Shown here: piece by piece, positions 18,839 to 28,701 of the stretch
How positions within the stretch are numbered: the first letter of the stretch is position 1
How the letters are laid out: each line of letters begins with the position of its first letter
Origin: an uncultured Gemmatimonadales bacterium
GTDB lineage: Bacteria; Gemmatimonadota; Gemmatimonadetes; Longimicrobiales; RSA9
Reading direction: 5' to 3'
DNA: 64,000 nt
NCBI GenBank assembly: GCA_963798845.1
Contig: CAWCUS010000005.1
Coordinates: forward strand, 96,001-160,000
The notes under the pieces: generated by a model
Databases searched by the model: none
What the model was told of the DNA's origin: nothing
The model's input: the letters and a program-made list of their open reading frames with translations, nothing else
Position numbers and translations under genes: made by a program

Positions 18839-20134
18839 CTATGCGCCCGTCCCGGCCGTGACGGCCGGGCGCTGCTGCTCCACCACCGCGACATCGTGCG
18901 GTGACGCCGATCGGCGGTGCTTCGAGCCGCCCGTGAGCACGTGGTTGCTGTCGATGAGCCACAAGAACACGAACAACGCCACCAGGTCGACCCCCGTCAG
19001 GATCAGGCCGTAGCCCAGGCCGTACGGCACGCCGAGGCTGTCGAGGACGAGGATCGACGTGGCCATGATCGCAATGAAGCCGAGCGCGGTCGGCAGCATG
19101 GCCTTCCACCCCAGGTCCATCACCTGGTCGTAGCGGAACCGGGGAACGGTCCACCGCACCCAGACGAAGACGAACGCGAAGAACATCGTCTTGACCGCGA
19201 AGGACAGGAATGTCAGCAGCGACTTCCACCACGCCGGGTCCGCGCCCTGCACGATCCCGTTCGCCAGCAGGCGCATGTTGTCGCCATGCCAGAAGGGGAT
19301 GTCCCAGCCGCCGAAGAAGAGCGTCGCCATGAGCGCCGACTGGGTCAGCAGGTGCGCGTACTCCGCCATCATGAACATGCTGAACTTCATGGACGAGTAC
19401 TCGGCGTGATACCCGGCAACGAGCTCGGACTCCGCCTCCGGCATGTCGAACGGGAGACGGTTGGTCTCGGCGAACGAGCTGATGACGAACAGGAAGAACG
19501 AGAGGCCGAGCGGGAGGGCGAACCAGAGCCCGAGCCCTTCCTGCTGTGTCCAGACCATCTCCGTGATGCGGACGTTTCCTGCCAGCATGAACACGGGGAT
19601 CAGGCTCATGCCGAGACTGACCTCGTAGCTCACCATCTGGGCCGACGCGCGAACCCCGCCCAGGAGGCTGTACTTGTTGTTCGACGACCACCCGGCCAGG
19701 AAAAGGCCGTACACGCCAAGGCTGGACAGCGCCAGGATGAAGAGGATCCCGATCGGCACGTCCGCCACCACCATGTCCACCACGCCCCACGGGGTGGGAA
19801 GCGGGGCGGCGAACGGGATCACCGCGAACAGGACGAATGCGGGCCCGATCGAGAGGATCGGAGCCAGGAGGAAGTAGAATGCCGAAGCCTCCCCCGGGGA
19901 TGTCTCTTCCTTGGCGAAGTTCTTCAGCCCGTCGGCAATGGGCTGGAGCAGCCCCCAGGGGCCGACCCGGTTGGGTCCGAGGCGATCCTCGATGAACCCC
20001 GCGAAGCGCCGCTCCAGCAGGGTCATCATGGCCACCGTGAGCAGGACCACCACGAACGCCACCACCACCTTGGCGAGCGAAGCCCAAACGAACGCGGTGT
20101 CGCTCAGCGCCTGCATCTGGTGCAGCGTCTCCAT
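18839..20134 (-). CDS. nuoH: NADH-quinone oxidoreductase subunit H
   Basis: RLGPNRVG, QPIADGLK, AQMVSYE, ETNRLPFDMPEAESELVAGY, PRFRYDQ. Confidence 0.97.
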   Translation of the reverse strand: METLHQMQALSDTAFVWASLAKVVVAFVVVLLTVAMMTLLERRFAGFIEDRLGPNRVGPWGLLQPIADGLKNFAKEETSPGEASAFYFLLAPILSIGPAFVLFAVIPFAAPLPTPWGVVDMVVADVPIGILFILALSSLGVYGLFLAGWSSNNKYSLLGGVRASAQMVSYEVSLGMSLIPVFMLAGNVRITEMVWTQQEGLGLWFALPLGLSFFLFVISSFAETNRLPFDMPEAESELVAGYHAEYSSMKFSMFMMAEYAHLLTQSALMATLFFGGWDIPFWHGDNMRLLANGIVQGADPAWWKSLLTFLSFAVKTMFFAFVFVWVRWTVPRFRYDQVMDLGWKAMLPTALGFIAIMATSILVLDSLGVPYGLGYGLILTGVDLVALFVFLWLIDSNHVLTGGSKHRRSASPHDVAVVEQQRPAVTAGTGA

Positions 20135-21837
20135 CACCCGTCCTCCCCGGCCGCCAGCCGGACCGGCTCGTTCAGCAGCGCTCCGCGGGTCCCGAGCTGC
20201 GGATAGCTCAGCCCGGTGAAGGGCTCGTACAGCTCCGCGAGCCGGAGGAACGCATCTCCCGCCGTGCCGGGGGCGGCGCCGTCATCGAGGCCGGCCAGGA
20301 GGACGCCGAGGACCTGCCACGCCGGCCGCGCCATGGGCGGCGGATCGAGCGCGGGCCAGAAGCGCTGCACCCGACCCTCGAAGTTCGTGAACGTCCCCTC
20401 CTCCTCGGCGAAGCTGGTCACCGGGAGGATGAAGTCGGCTCCGGCCATCGCCGGGCTGCTCACCGTCCCCAGGTAGATCACGAGCGATGCGTCAGCCGCG
20501 AAGCGGGCCGGGAGGTCGGCGAGGGTGTCGCCGAGCACGACGATCGGCCCCGTCGTCCGCTCGAGCCCGCCATTCCCCGCATCATCTCCGACTCTCCGGT
20601 ATCCGAATATCTCCAGCCCGCGAGCGTTGGCGGACAGGTCCTGCCGGCGCGTGAGCCTCGGGTAGGCGGGGAGCGTGTCCTCGGTCCCGGCCCGTCGCGA
20701 GCGGTAGATCGCGGTATCGCCGCCCATCACCGCCTGCACCCGCCGCAGCAATCCGTTCGCCTCGTTCGAGAAGTACGGCGAGCCGACGATCGTTACGCCG
20801 CCCTGAGTCGCCTTGAGACGCTGGACGACGGCCGTCATGGCTTCCTTCCACGTGGCCCCGCGCATCCCGCCCGCATCCTGCATCAGCGGCGCTTCCAGCC
20901 GAGACGGCATGACCGCGCGGTCGTCGCCCAGAGTGGCCGGATCCTGCGGCCCTTCGGGCGGTGTCGCGGCCCTGGGCGCCGGGTACGGCAGCGTGTTCGC
21001 TCCCAGGTTGATCCACTCGTACTCGTAGCGACCGAAGTCGCACATCCAGTACGAGTTGACGTCCGGGTTGTGGCGCGGCTTGAGCCGCTGGACGAGGTTG
21101 TCGCGCGTGTCCAGCGTGATGTTGCACCCTTGTGAGCAGTTGGGGCAGATGGAAGGGGTTCGGTCGAGGTCCCACGCCCTCGCCTTGTGCAGGAAGTCCT
21201 TCGACAGCAGCGCCCCCACTGGGCAGATGTCGATGATGTTGCTGGCGAACGGGGAGCCGGTGAGTCCGTCATCGAAGAACGTGTCGATGACGCTCCGGTC
21301 CCCGCGCTGCACCACGCACAGACGCTCGTCGTCGGCCACCTCGCGCATGAAGCGCACGCAGCGCGTGCACATGATGCAGCGGTCGCCGTCGTACAACACG
21401 TCGCCGCCGAAGTCGTCCTGTCCGAGCACGCGCTTGGGCTCCTGGGAGCGTCCGTGCCTGGGCCCCTCCTGGTGGACGTAGTCCTGGAGCTTGCACTCGC
21501 CGGCCGCGTCGCAGACCGGGCAATCCAGCGGATGATTCACCAGGTAGAACTCGAGCACGCCCGTGCGCGCGTCCTCCGCCTGGGCGGTGTCGGTGCGGAT
21601 GACGGATCCGTCCTGGATCTGGGTCACGCACGCGGGCTGCAGCTTCGGCGCGCCTTCCACCTCCACCAGGCACATGCGACACATGGCCGGCGCCGACAGG
21701 GCCGGGTGGTAGCAGTAGTGGACGATGCCGATGCCGAGCTGCTCGGCGGCCTCGATGATGCGCGTGCCCCTCGGGACCGTGACCTCACGGCCATCGATGG
21801 TGCAGGTGACGGTGTTCGTCTTCTGTCCGTTCGCCAT
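20134..21837 (-). CDS. nuoG: NADH-quinone oxidoreductase subunit G (short form)
   Basis: CYHP...CRMC...C, HPLDCPVC...C, CIMCTRC...CP and CPNCSQGC...C cluster motifs; AEEEGTFTNFEGRVQ. Confidence 0.93.
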   Translation of the reverse strand: MANGQKTNTVTCTIDGREVTVPRGTRIIEAAEQLGIGIVHYCYHPALSAPAMCRMCLVEVEGAPKLQPACVTQIQDGSVIRTDTAQAEDARTGVLEFYLVNHPLDCPVCDAAGECKLQDYVHQEGPRHGRSQEPKRVLGQDDFGGDVLYDGDRCIMCTRCVRFMREVADDERLCVVQRGDRSVIDTFFDDGLTGSPFASNIIDICPVGALLSKDFLHKARAWDLDRTPSICPNCSQGCNITLDTRDNLVQRLKPRHNPDVNSYWMCDFGRYEYEWINLGANTLPYPAPRAATPPEGPQDPATLGDDRAVMPSRLEAPLMQDAGGMRGATWKEAMTAVVQRLKATQGGVTIVGSPYFSNEANGLLRRVQAVMGGDTAIYRSRRAGTEDTLPAYPRLTRRQDLSANARGLEIFGYRRVGDDAGNGGLERTTGPIVVLGDTLADLPARFAADASLVIYLGTVSSPAMAGADFILPVTSFAEEEGTFTNFEGRVQRFWPALDPPPMARPAWQVLGVLLAGLDDGAAPGTAGDAFLRLAELYEPFTGLSYPQLGTRGALLNEPVRLAAGEDG

Positions 21838-21856
21838 TCGCTATTCCCCGCCCCGT

Positions 21857-23176
21857 TCAGACCGACGCCGGGGCGCCCGCCCCGATCGCCGTCTCCGCAG
21901 GCTGCGCCCGACCGACGAGCCGCTCCACGTCCTCCGGGAACTTGTTGATCCAGCTTGTGATGGGAGCGCCGGCGGAGTCGCTGAGCACGCAGATCGTGGT
22001 GCCCGTGGCGTTCTTCGCCACGGCGAGCAGCGTCTCCACGTCGGCGGGCGTACCCTGCCCTGCCTCGATGCGCCGCAGGATCTTGCCCATCCACGCCGTC
22101 CCTTCCCGGCACGGCGTGCACTGGCCGCAGCTCTCGTGAGCGTAGAACTCCACCATGCGGCGTACCTGGGTGACCATGTCGGTCTGGTCGTCCATCACAA
22201 TGACCGACGCGGTGCCCAGCATGCTCCCCGCCTTGGCCACGCTTTCGTAATCCGAGGCCAGCCCCTCGACCTCCTTCGCGGTGAGAATCGGGACCGAGCT
22301 TCCGCCCGGAATCACGGCCTTCAGCTTGCGGCCGTCCCGGATTCCGCCGCACACGTCGTAGATCAGCTCGTCCATGGGGAAGCCGAGCGGGAGCTCGTAG
22401 TTCCCTCGTCGCACGACGTGGCCCGAGACGTTGAACATCTTCGTGCCAGGGCTCTTCTCCGTTCCCCACTGGCGGTACCACGCGCCGCCGTGGGTAACGA
22501 TGTGCGGCACCGCGCACACGGTCTCCACGTTGTTGATCGTGGTCGGTGCCGCGAATGCACCGCTCGCCGCCGGGAAGGGGGGCTTGATGCGGGGTTGCCC
22601 GCGGCGCCCTTCCAGCGAGTTCATCAGCGCCGTCTCCTCGCCGCAGATGTAGGCGCCGGCGCCGAGATGGATCGTGACGTCAATGTCGTGGCCGCTGCCG
22701 AGGATGTTCTCGCCCGCGAGGCCGTTGGCGTAGGCTTCCTCGATGGCACGCCCGAGGATCTGGGCAGTCTCGAAGAACTCGCCCCGGATGTAGATGTACA
22801 CGTCCTGCGCCCGGATCGCGTGGGCCCCGATGAGCGCGCCTTCGATGACCTGGTGCGGCGTCCACCGCATGAGCTCCCGGTCCTTGAACGCCCCCGGCTC
22901 CGACTCATCCGCGTTGATGAGCATGTAATGCGGGCCCTTCTTTTCCTTCGGCATGAAGCTCCACTTCACGCCCGTAGGGAAGCCGGCGCCGCCCCGGCCG
23001 CGCAGTCCGCTCTCCTTGACCACGTCCACCAGCTCCTCGGGCGTCATGCCGAGGGCCCGCTCGAGGGCCTCATAGCCGCCCAGCTTCCTCCACCCCGCCA
23101 CCGTCCGGGTGGCCGGGTCGCCGAAGCCGCGGCTCAGGACCCGGACCTCGCTCGAATGCGTGTACGGATACGCCAT
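21857..23176 (-). CDS. nuoF: NADH-quinone oxidoreductase subunit F
   Basis: SGLRGRGGAGFPTG, NADESEPG, GAGAYICGEETAL, ESCGQCTPCREG. Confidence 0.98.
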   Translation of the reverse strand: MAYPYTHSSEVRVLSRGFGDPATRTVAGWRKLGGYEALERALGMTPEELVDVVKESGLRGRGGAGFPTGVKWSFMPKEKKGPHYMLINADESEPGAFKDRELMRWTPHQVIEGALIGAHAIRAQDVYIYIRGEFFETAQILGRAIEEAYANGLAGENILGSGHDIDVTIHLGAGAYICGEETALMNSLEGRRGQPRIKPPFPAASGAFAAPTTINNVETVCAVPHIVTHGGAWYRQWGTEKSPGTKMFNVSGHVVRRGNYELPLGFPMDELIYDVCGGIRDGRKLKAVIPGGSSVPILTAKEVEGLASDYESVAKAGSMLGTASVIVMDDQTDMVTQVRRMVEFYAHESCGQCTPCREGTAWMGKILRRIEAGQGTPADVETLLAVAKNATGTTICVLSDSAGAPITSWINKFPEDVERLVGRAQPAETAIGAGAPASV

Positions 23177-23179
23177 CGG

Positions 23180-23911
23180 CTATTCCTCCTGCCCCGTGCT
23201 CGCGGCGGCGTCTGGCTGCGTCCGGGTCGGACCCGGGGGCGAACCGGTCGCCGGGCCGTGCGGGGTCACGGGATCGACACCGTGCGCCTTCAGGCGGTCC
23301 AGCAGCCCGGACACGTCCTTCACCTCGACGTTCTCGAAGTACCGGTTGTTGATCTGGACGACGGTGGGGAAGCCGCAGGCGCCGAGGCACTCGGCCTCGA
23401 TCACCGTGAACTCGCCGTCGTCGCTCACTTCGCCCGGCTCCGTGCCGGTATGATCAAGGAACGCCTCGAACACCTCGTGACCGCCGCACAGGTTGCACGC
23501 CACGTTGGTGCACACCTGGATCAGGTGACGGCCCACGGGACGCTTGTTGTACATCGTGTAGAAGGTGGCCACGCCACGGACCGTGGCCGGGCTCTCGCCC
23601 ACCACTTCCGCCACGCGCTCCATCGCTTCCTGGGAGAGATAGCCCCGGATCTCATGGGCCAGATTGAGCACCGGGAGCAGCGCGGCGCGCGGGTTGGGAT
23701 AGCGCGCCAGGATCTTCTCCAGCCGCTCCTTGTACGGCCCCTCGAAGAGGGCCGCTTCCGGGTCGGAGTCTGCGCGCTGGTACGGCACCGCGTTCACGCC
23801 GCCGCGGTCCCAGCCCTCGGGCGGCTGGGGACCGACATAGTCCGTTCCGCGCACTTGCGCCTCGGTGAGGTCGAACTCGCCGGTCTCTCCGGCCCACCCG
23901 GGATTTTTCAC
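23180..23911 (-). CDS. nuoE: NADH-quinone oxidoreductase subunit E
   Basis: VATFY, CTNVAC and ECLGAC [2Fe-2S] ligands; N- and C-terminal extensions. Confidence 0.95.
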   Translation of the reverse strand: MKNPGWAGETGEFDLTEAQVRGTDYVGPQPPEGWDRGGVNAVPYQRADSDPEAALFEGPYKERLEKILARYPNPRAALLPVLNLAHEIRGYLSQEAMERVAEVVGESPATVRGVATFYTMYNKRPVGRHLIQVCTNVACNLCGGHEVFEAFLDHTGTEPGEVSDDGEFTVIEAECLGACGFPTVVQINNRYFENVEVKDVSGLLDRLKAHGVDPVTPHGPATGSPPGPTRTQPDAAASTGQEE

Positions 23912-25185
23912 CGATCGATCTCCCCGAGGACGATGTCCAGGCTCGCGTTGGTCGCGATCACGTCGGACAGGAGGCTCCCCTCCACCATCTGTGGCAGGGC
24001 GCTGAGATTGATGAAGCTGGGGCCGCGGACGTGCCAGCGGACGGGCTTGGAGCCGCCGTCGCTGACGACGTACATCCCCAGCTCGCCCTTCGAGCTCTCG
24101 ACGCTGAACCAGCTCTCGCCGGGTGGTGCCTTCACGCCTTCCATCACCAGCTTGAAGTGGTGGATCATGGACTCCATGTCGTTCATCAGGTCCGTCTTCG
24201 ACGGGAGGATCACGCGCGGGTCATCCACGTTGATGGGCCCGTCCGGCAGGCGGTCCAGCGTCTGGCGGATGATGCGCAGGCTCTGGCGCATCTCCTCCAT
24301 GCGGCACAGGTACCGATCGTAATTGTCGCCGGCCTCGCCCACGATCACGTCGAAGTCGTAGCTGTCGTAGTCGTAGTACGGGCGGTCCTTGCGGATGTCG
24401 TAGTCGACCCCCGTGGAGCGCAGGATCGGACCGCTCAGCCCGGCGTTGACCGCCTCTTCCGCCGTGATCGCCCCAACCCCCTGGTTCCGGCCGACCCAGA
24501 GGTTGTTCGTGGTGAGCAGCGCCTCCACCTCGTCCAGCGTCCGCGGCATCTGCTTGTCCACGAACCAGCGCAGCTCGTCCGTGAATCCCGGCGGCAGGTC
24601 CGCCATCATCCCGCCCACGCGGGTGGACGACGTGGTGATCCGCGCGCCCGTGAGCGCCTCGTGAAGATTGTAGATCTCCTCGCGCCGCTGGAACGTGTAG
24701 AGGAAGACCGTGAACGCGCCAATGTCGATGGCCGTGGTGCCGATCCAGAGCAGGTGGCTGAAGATCCGGTCCAGCTCCATCAACATCACGCGCACCACCT
24801 TGCAGCGCGGCGTGATCTCGATGCCCATGAGCTTTTCCACCGCAGCCACATACGCCACGTTGTAGACCAGCGGCGTCAGGTAGTCCATCCGGTCCGTGAG
24901 CGGGACGATCTGATTCCACGTCCGGTACTCGCCCAGCTTCTCGAAGCTGGAGTGGAGATATCCGATGTGGGGGATGCACCGGACCACCGTCTCCCCGTCC
25001 AGCTCGAGCACGAGCCGGAGCACGCCGTGCGTAGCGGGGTGCTGCGGGCCGATGTTGATGAGCATGTGCTCACCATGGAGGTCCGGCTCCATCCCCTCCG
25101 GCAGCACCGGCGAAGCCGCGGCGAGGCCGGTCACTCCCGTCATGGGCGCGCGGCTCACTTCGTACTGGACGGTCCGCTTGCTCAT
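23908..25185 (-). CDS. nuoD: NADH-quinone oxidoreductase subunit D
   Basis: NIGPQHPATHGVLRL, IGYLH, DRMDY, ESSKGE, C-terminal GEIDR. Start reassigned to MSKRTVQ, overlapping the nuoC stop. Confidence 0.96.
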   Translation of the reverse strand: MSKRTVQYEVSRAPMTGVTGLAAASPVLPEGMEPDLHGEHMLINIGPQHPATHGVLRLVLELDGETVVRCIPHIGYLHSSFEKLGEYRTWNQIVPLTDRMDYLTPLVYNVAYVAAVEKLMGIEITPRCKVVRVMLMELDRIFSHLLWIGTTAIDIGAFTVFLYTFQRREEIYNLHEALTGARITTSSTRVGGMMADLPPGFTDELRWFVDKQMPRTLDEVEALLTTNNLWVGRNQGVGAITAEEAVNAGLSGPILRSTGVDYDIRKDRPYYDYDSYDFDVIVGEAGDNYDRYLCRMEEMRQSLRIIRQTLDRLPDGPINVDDPRVILPSKTDLMNDMESMIHHFKLVMEGVKAPPGESWFSVESSKGELGMYVVSDGGSKPVRWHVRGPSFINLSALPQMVEGSLLSDVIATNASLDIVLGEIDR

Positions 25186-25940
25186 CCCTTCTCCTCCCCG
25201 TCGTTCGCGTCGCGGGGATCCCGTGACGCGGCGGCATCGGCCGGGAACCCGGCCTGCCCCGCGTGCGCGGACGTCGCCCGTCGCTCTGCCGCCTCCCGCT
25301 CGCCGCCCCTGGCTGCGCTCATTTCCGAAGGGACGTAGTAGTCGGCCAGATCGAAGGCCAGCGCCCGCCGCGTCTGCTCGGCCCGGCTGAAGCGGCCGCG
25401 CAGCGGGAAGTCCTTCCGCAGCGGGTGACCCTCGGCGTAGTTGTCGGGCATCATGATGCGCCGCAGATCCGGGTGCCCCTGGAACTCCACGCCGAACAGG
25501 TCGTAGACCTCGCGCTCCAGCCAGTCGGCCGTCTTCCAGATCGGCACGACGGAATCGATGCGCAGGGCGTCCAGCGGGAGCTCCGCCTTCACCCGGAGCG
25601 CGCGACGGTTCGGGATCGACCACAGCTGGTAGACCACCTGGAGAGGGCGACCGCCCCCGTAGTCCACGGCCGTCAGGTCCGCCAGAAAGTCGAAGCGCTG
25701 GCCTGCATCCTCGTGCAGCCAGCGCAGGATCTCGCGGACGTTCTCCGCGGGCACGAAGACGACGTGCTCATCCCCGGCCTGCAGCTCGTGGTGGAGGAGC
25801 GCATCACCGAACTTCTCGCGCAGCGCCGTCACCGTGGGATGCGCCGCATCCGTCGCCGGGCCGCGCTCGGGCGCGGAACCGCCCGTCTGCCCCGGTCCCG
25901 ATTCCAGGCCGCCGAGGCCCTGTTCGAAGTGGTCTGCCAT
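25182..25940 (-). CDS. nuoC: NADH-quinone oxidoreductase subunit C
   Basis: DLTAVDY, WLEREVYDLFG-x-F-GHPDLRRI, GHPLRKDFPL. Confidence 0.96.
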   Translation of the reverse strand: MADHFEQGLGGLESGPGQTGGSAPERGPATDAAHPTVTALREKFGDALLHHELQAGDEHVVFVPAENVREILRWLHEDAGQRFDFLADLTAVDYGGGRPLQVVYQLWSIPNRRALRVKAELPLDALRIDSVVPIWKTADWLEREVYDLFGVEFQGHPDLRRIMMPDNYAEGHPLRKDFPLRGRFSRAEQTRRALAFDLADYYVPSEMSAARGGEREAAERRATSAHAGQAGFPADAAASRDPRDANDGEEKG

Positions 25941-25943
25941 GGC

Positions 25944-26624
25944 TCAGGGCCGCCGATCTCTGGGCCGCGCGAGCGCGCGCGTGCTCACGAGTCCGCTCGG
26001 CTTGTTCTGTTTCGTGGAATTCCCGAACGGGCCGGCGATCTGCTCGATCACGTCCGCCGGGAGGTTGGGCTTCCCGGTACGCTCCGGATCCTCGCGCCGC
26101 GTGACCGAGTGGATCTCCTTGCCGAGGGATTCGCCCTTGATCTTCTCCTGCAGCATCAGGATCCCGTAGATCAGCCCCTCGGGGCGGGGCGGACATCCCG
26201 GCACGTACACGTCCACCGGAATGACCGTGTCGATCCCCTGAACCATGGAGTACACGTCGAAGACGCCCCCCGTCGAGGCGCAGGCGCCCATGCTGATCGC
26301 CCACTTCGGCTGCGGCATCTGGTCCCAGATCCGGCGGATCACGGGCGCCATCTTGTACGGCAGCCGCCCGGCGCAGATGAGCAGGTCGGCCTGGCGCGGA
26401 CTGAAGCTCATTCGCTCCATCCCGAAACGGGCCACGTCGAAGCGCGAGGCGTAGCTCGCCATCATCTCGATGGCGCAGCACGCCGTGCCGAACGGCATCG
26501 GCCAGAGCGAGTTTCGTCGCGCCCAGTTGACCACGAAGTCGAGCTTCGTGGTCAGGAAGCTCGGGCTACCATCCTTGCCCGACCCCACTACGGGGAGCTG
26601 CGTCCCCGTCCCCTCTAGTCCCAT
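25944..26624 (-). CDS. nuoB: NADH-quinone oxidoreductase subunit B
   Basis: [21 protein letters not shown]-x-[11 protein letters not shown]. Start reassigned to MGLEGTG. Confidence 0.96.
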   Translation of the reverse strand: MGLEGTGTQLPVVGSGKDGSPSFLTTKLDFVVNWARRNSLWPMPFGTACCAIEMMASYASRFDVARFGMERMSFSPRQADLLICAGRLPYKMAPVIRRIWDQMPQPKWAISMGACASTGGVFDVYSMVQGIDTVIPVDVYVPGCPPRPEGLIYGILMLQEKIKGESLGKEIHSVTRREDPERTGKPNLPADVIEQIAGPFGNSTKQNKPSGLVSTRALARPRDRRP

Positions 26625-26971
26625 TGAAGCGCCCCCTTCTTCCACGCATACACCAGCCCGGCGAGCAGGACGACCATGAACACCAGCATCTCCACCAGCC
26701 CGAACAGCCCCAGCTGGCGGAAGAACACGCCCCAGGGGATCAGGAAGATCGTCTCCAGATCGAACACGATGAAGAGGATCGCCACGAGGTAGAACTTGAC
26801 GCTGAAGCGCTCTCGCGTGTCCCCGAGCGGCAGGATCCCGCTCTCGTACGGCATCGACTTCGCCGGCGTCGGTCGCATCTCGCTGGCCAGGCGAGAAAGG
26901 ACCACGATGCCGACCGCCTGGAGCCCGGACAGACCCAGGAGGAACAGGATCGGCAAGTATGAGCGCAGCAT
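26615..26971 (-). CDS. nuoA: NADH-quinone oxidoreductase subunit A
   Basis: [27 protein letters not shown]. Confidence 0.96.
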   Translation of the reverse strand: MLRSYLPILFLLGLSGLQAVGIVVLSRLASEMRPTPAKSMPYESGILPLGDTRERFSVKFYLVAILFIVFDLETIFLIPWGVFFRQLGLFGLVEMLVFMVVLLAGLVYAWKKGALQWD

Positions 26972-26992
26972 GGGGAAACGCCTTTCCGGGCC

Positions 26993-27010
26993 TTGTGAAA
27001 ACCGTCACAG
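26993..27010. promoter_or_regulatory. Rex/CRP-type palindromic operator upstream of nuoA
   Basis: TTGTGAA-AACC-GTCACAG. Perfect TGTGA-N6-TCACA core; two mismatches to the Rex consensus TTGTGAA-N4-TTCACAA. Confidence 0.65.
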
Positions 27011-27023
27011 CCACAGCCGACAG

Positions 27024-27052
27024 AAGGTATCGGCGCGACCCTTCATGGTCAA
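27024..27052 (-). promoter_or_regulatory. Putative sigma70 promoter of the nuo operon
   Basis: TTGACC-N17-TACCTT on the minus strand. Confidence 0.7.
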
Positions 27053-27153
27053 CCCGCGCGGCGGGTTGCAGCAGGTCGCGTCCAGGCCCTACTTTCCGCC
27101 CTTCCAGCCGGGCAGTTTCCAGACCACTCACCCACACAGGCGAGGCCCCGAGG

Positions 27154-27711
27154 ATGGCGATTCTGAGCGATCACTGGATCCGAGAGATGGCCGAGCAGCA
27201 CGACATGATCGAGCCGTTCGAGCCGGGTCAGGTCCGCGACGGCGCCATAAGCTACGGCACCTCGTCATTCGGCTACGACATACGCGTGGCCGACGAGTTC
27301 AAGGTGTTCACCGACGTGTACAGCGTCGTGGTGGACCCGAAGAACTTCGACTCGCGCAGCTTCGTGGACATGTCCGGGCAGGGATACTGCATCATCCCCC
27401 CCAACTCGTTCGCCCTCGCCCGCACGCTCGAGTACTTCCGAATCCCCGCCGACGTCCTCGTGCTGTGCGTTGGAAAGTCCACCTACGCGCGTTGCGGCAT
27501 CCTCGTGAACGTCACGCCGCTGGAGCCCGAGTGGGAGGGTTTCCTGACCCTCGAGATCTCGAACACGACGCCGCTCCCGGCGAAGATCTACGCCAACGAA
27601 GGCATCGCCCAGCTCCTGTTTTTCCGGGGCGACCGCGTCCCCAGCACCACGTACGCCCAGCGCGGCGGGAAGTACCAGAAGCAGCGGGGGGTCACGCCAC
27701 CGCGGCTGTAA
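27154..27711 (+). CDS. dcd: dCTP deaminase
   Basis: ILSDHWI, [43 protein letters not shown] at 27154. Confidence 0.96.
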   Translation: MAILSDHWIREMAEQHDMIEPFEPGQVRDGAISYGTSSFGYDIRVADEFKVFTDVYSVVVDPKNFDSRSFVDMSGQGYCIIPPNSFALARTLEYFRIPADVLVLCVGKSTYARCGILVNVTPLEPEWEGFLTLEISNTTPLPAKIYANEGIAQLLFFRGDRVPSTTYAQRGGKYQKQRGVTPPRL

Positions 27712-27832
27712 CCGCGGTGGCGGGGACGCGCCGCTGGCACGGGACACGGCGCCCGCGGCGGCCCGCGAGAGCGGGGCTGTGCCGCGCTGGACCTGGGGCC
27801 TGGCGGTCCCCGAACCAGCCGTCACACGCACG

Positions 27833-27866
27833 GAGCCCGGGCATCCGAAGCTGCCCGGGCTCTCTT
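27833..27866 (+). terminator. Hairpin between convergent dcd and sdhB (probable terminator)
   Basis: GAGCCCGGGCA / TGCCCGGGCTC 11-bp stem followed by TCTT. Confidence 0.5.
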
Positions 27867-27929
27867 CGTCACCAGGTGGTCTAGGCCTCGCGAGCGGCGG
27901 CGCGTCCTGGTGGCCTGGTGCCTGCGGCG

Positions 27930-28691
27930 TCAGTCCACCAGTGACCCGGGTCGGTGCATGCTGGCCCGCATGAGGTCCCGGTTCAGGCGCGCGATGTAAT
28001 CCACGCTGATCCCCTTCGGACACGCTTCCTGGCATGCGCCGTGGTTCGTGCAGTGGCCGAAGTTCTCGATGTTCATCTGCGCCACCATGGCACGGGTGCG
28101 CGCATCGCGCTCTGGGCGGCCCTGGGGGAGCAGGTTGAGGTGGCTGACCTTGGCCGAAGTGAACAGCATGGCCGAGGCGTTGGGGCACGCCGCCACGCAC
28201 GCGCCGCATCCGATGCACGTCGCGGCGTCGAAGGCGAGGTCGGCGTTCTCCTTGGGAACGGGTATGGCATTGGCGTCAGGCGCGGAGCCCGTGCGGACGG
28301 AGATGTAGCCGCCCGCCGCAGTGATCCGGTCCAGCGCGCTGCGATCCACGATCAGGTCCTTCAGGACCGGGAAGGCGTTGGCGCGCCACGGCTCGATGAC
28401 GATCTCGTCGCCATCGTCGAACGCGCGCATGTGCAGCTGGCACACCGTCGTCTTCTTCCAGGGACCGTGGGCGACGCCGTCGATCATCATGCCGCACATG
28501 CCGCAGATCCCCTCGCGGCAGTCGTGGTCGAACGCCACCGGGTCCTGCCCCTCCTCGATCAGCTGGGCGTTCAGCACGTCCAGCATCTCCAGGAAGGACA
28601 TGTCGTGGGAAACACTGTCGAGACGGTACGTCTCGAACTTCCCCTTCGCGGTGCGGGACGCCTGTCGCCAGATATGCAAGGTGATTTTCAT
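27930..28691 (-). CDS. sdhB: Succinate dehydrogenase/fumarate reductase Fe-S subunit
   Basis: [34 protein letters not shown]. Start [10 protein letters not shown]. Confidence 0.95.
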   Translation of the reverse strand: MKITLHIWRQASRTAKGKFETYRLDSVSHDMSFLEMLDVLNAQLIEEGQDPVAFDHDCREGICGMCGMMIDGVAHGPWKKTTVCQLHMRAFDDGDEIVIEPWRANAFPVLKDLIVDRSALDRITAAGGYISVRTGSAPDANAIPVPKENADLAFDAATCIGCGACVAACPNASAMLFTSAKVSHLNLLPQGRPERDARTRAMVAQMNIENFGHCTNHGACQEACPKGISVDYIARLNRDLMRASMHRPGSLVD

Positions 28692-28701
28692 GTGCGTCCC
28701 T

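Noticed and set aside
23908..25623. 571-aa ORF suggesting a NuoCD fusion; similar long N-termini on nuoM, nuoB, sdhA, sdhB, hemE, hemB, hemH and rpe
   Set aside because: Most extensions overlap the upstream gene in another frame (hemH extends into intergenic DNA) and carry no motifs. nuoC is a separate ORF, so starts were reassigned.
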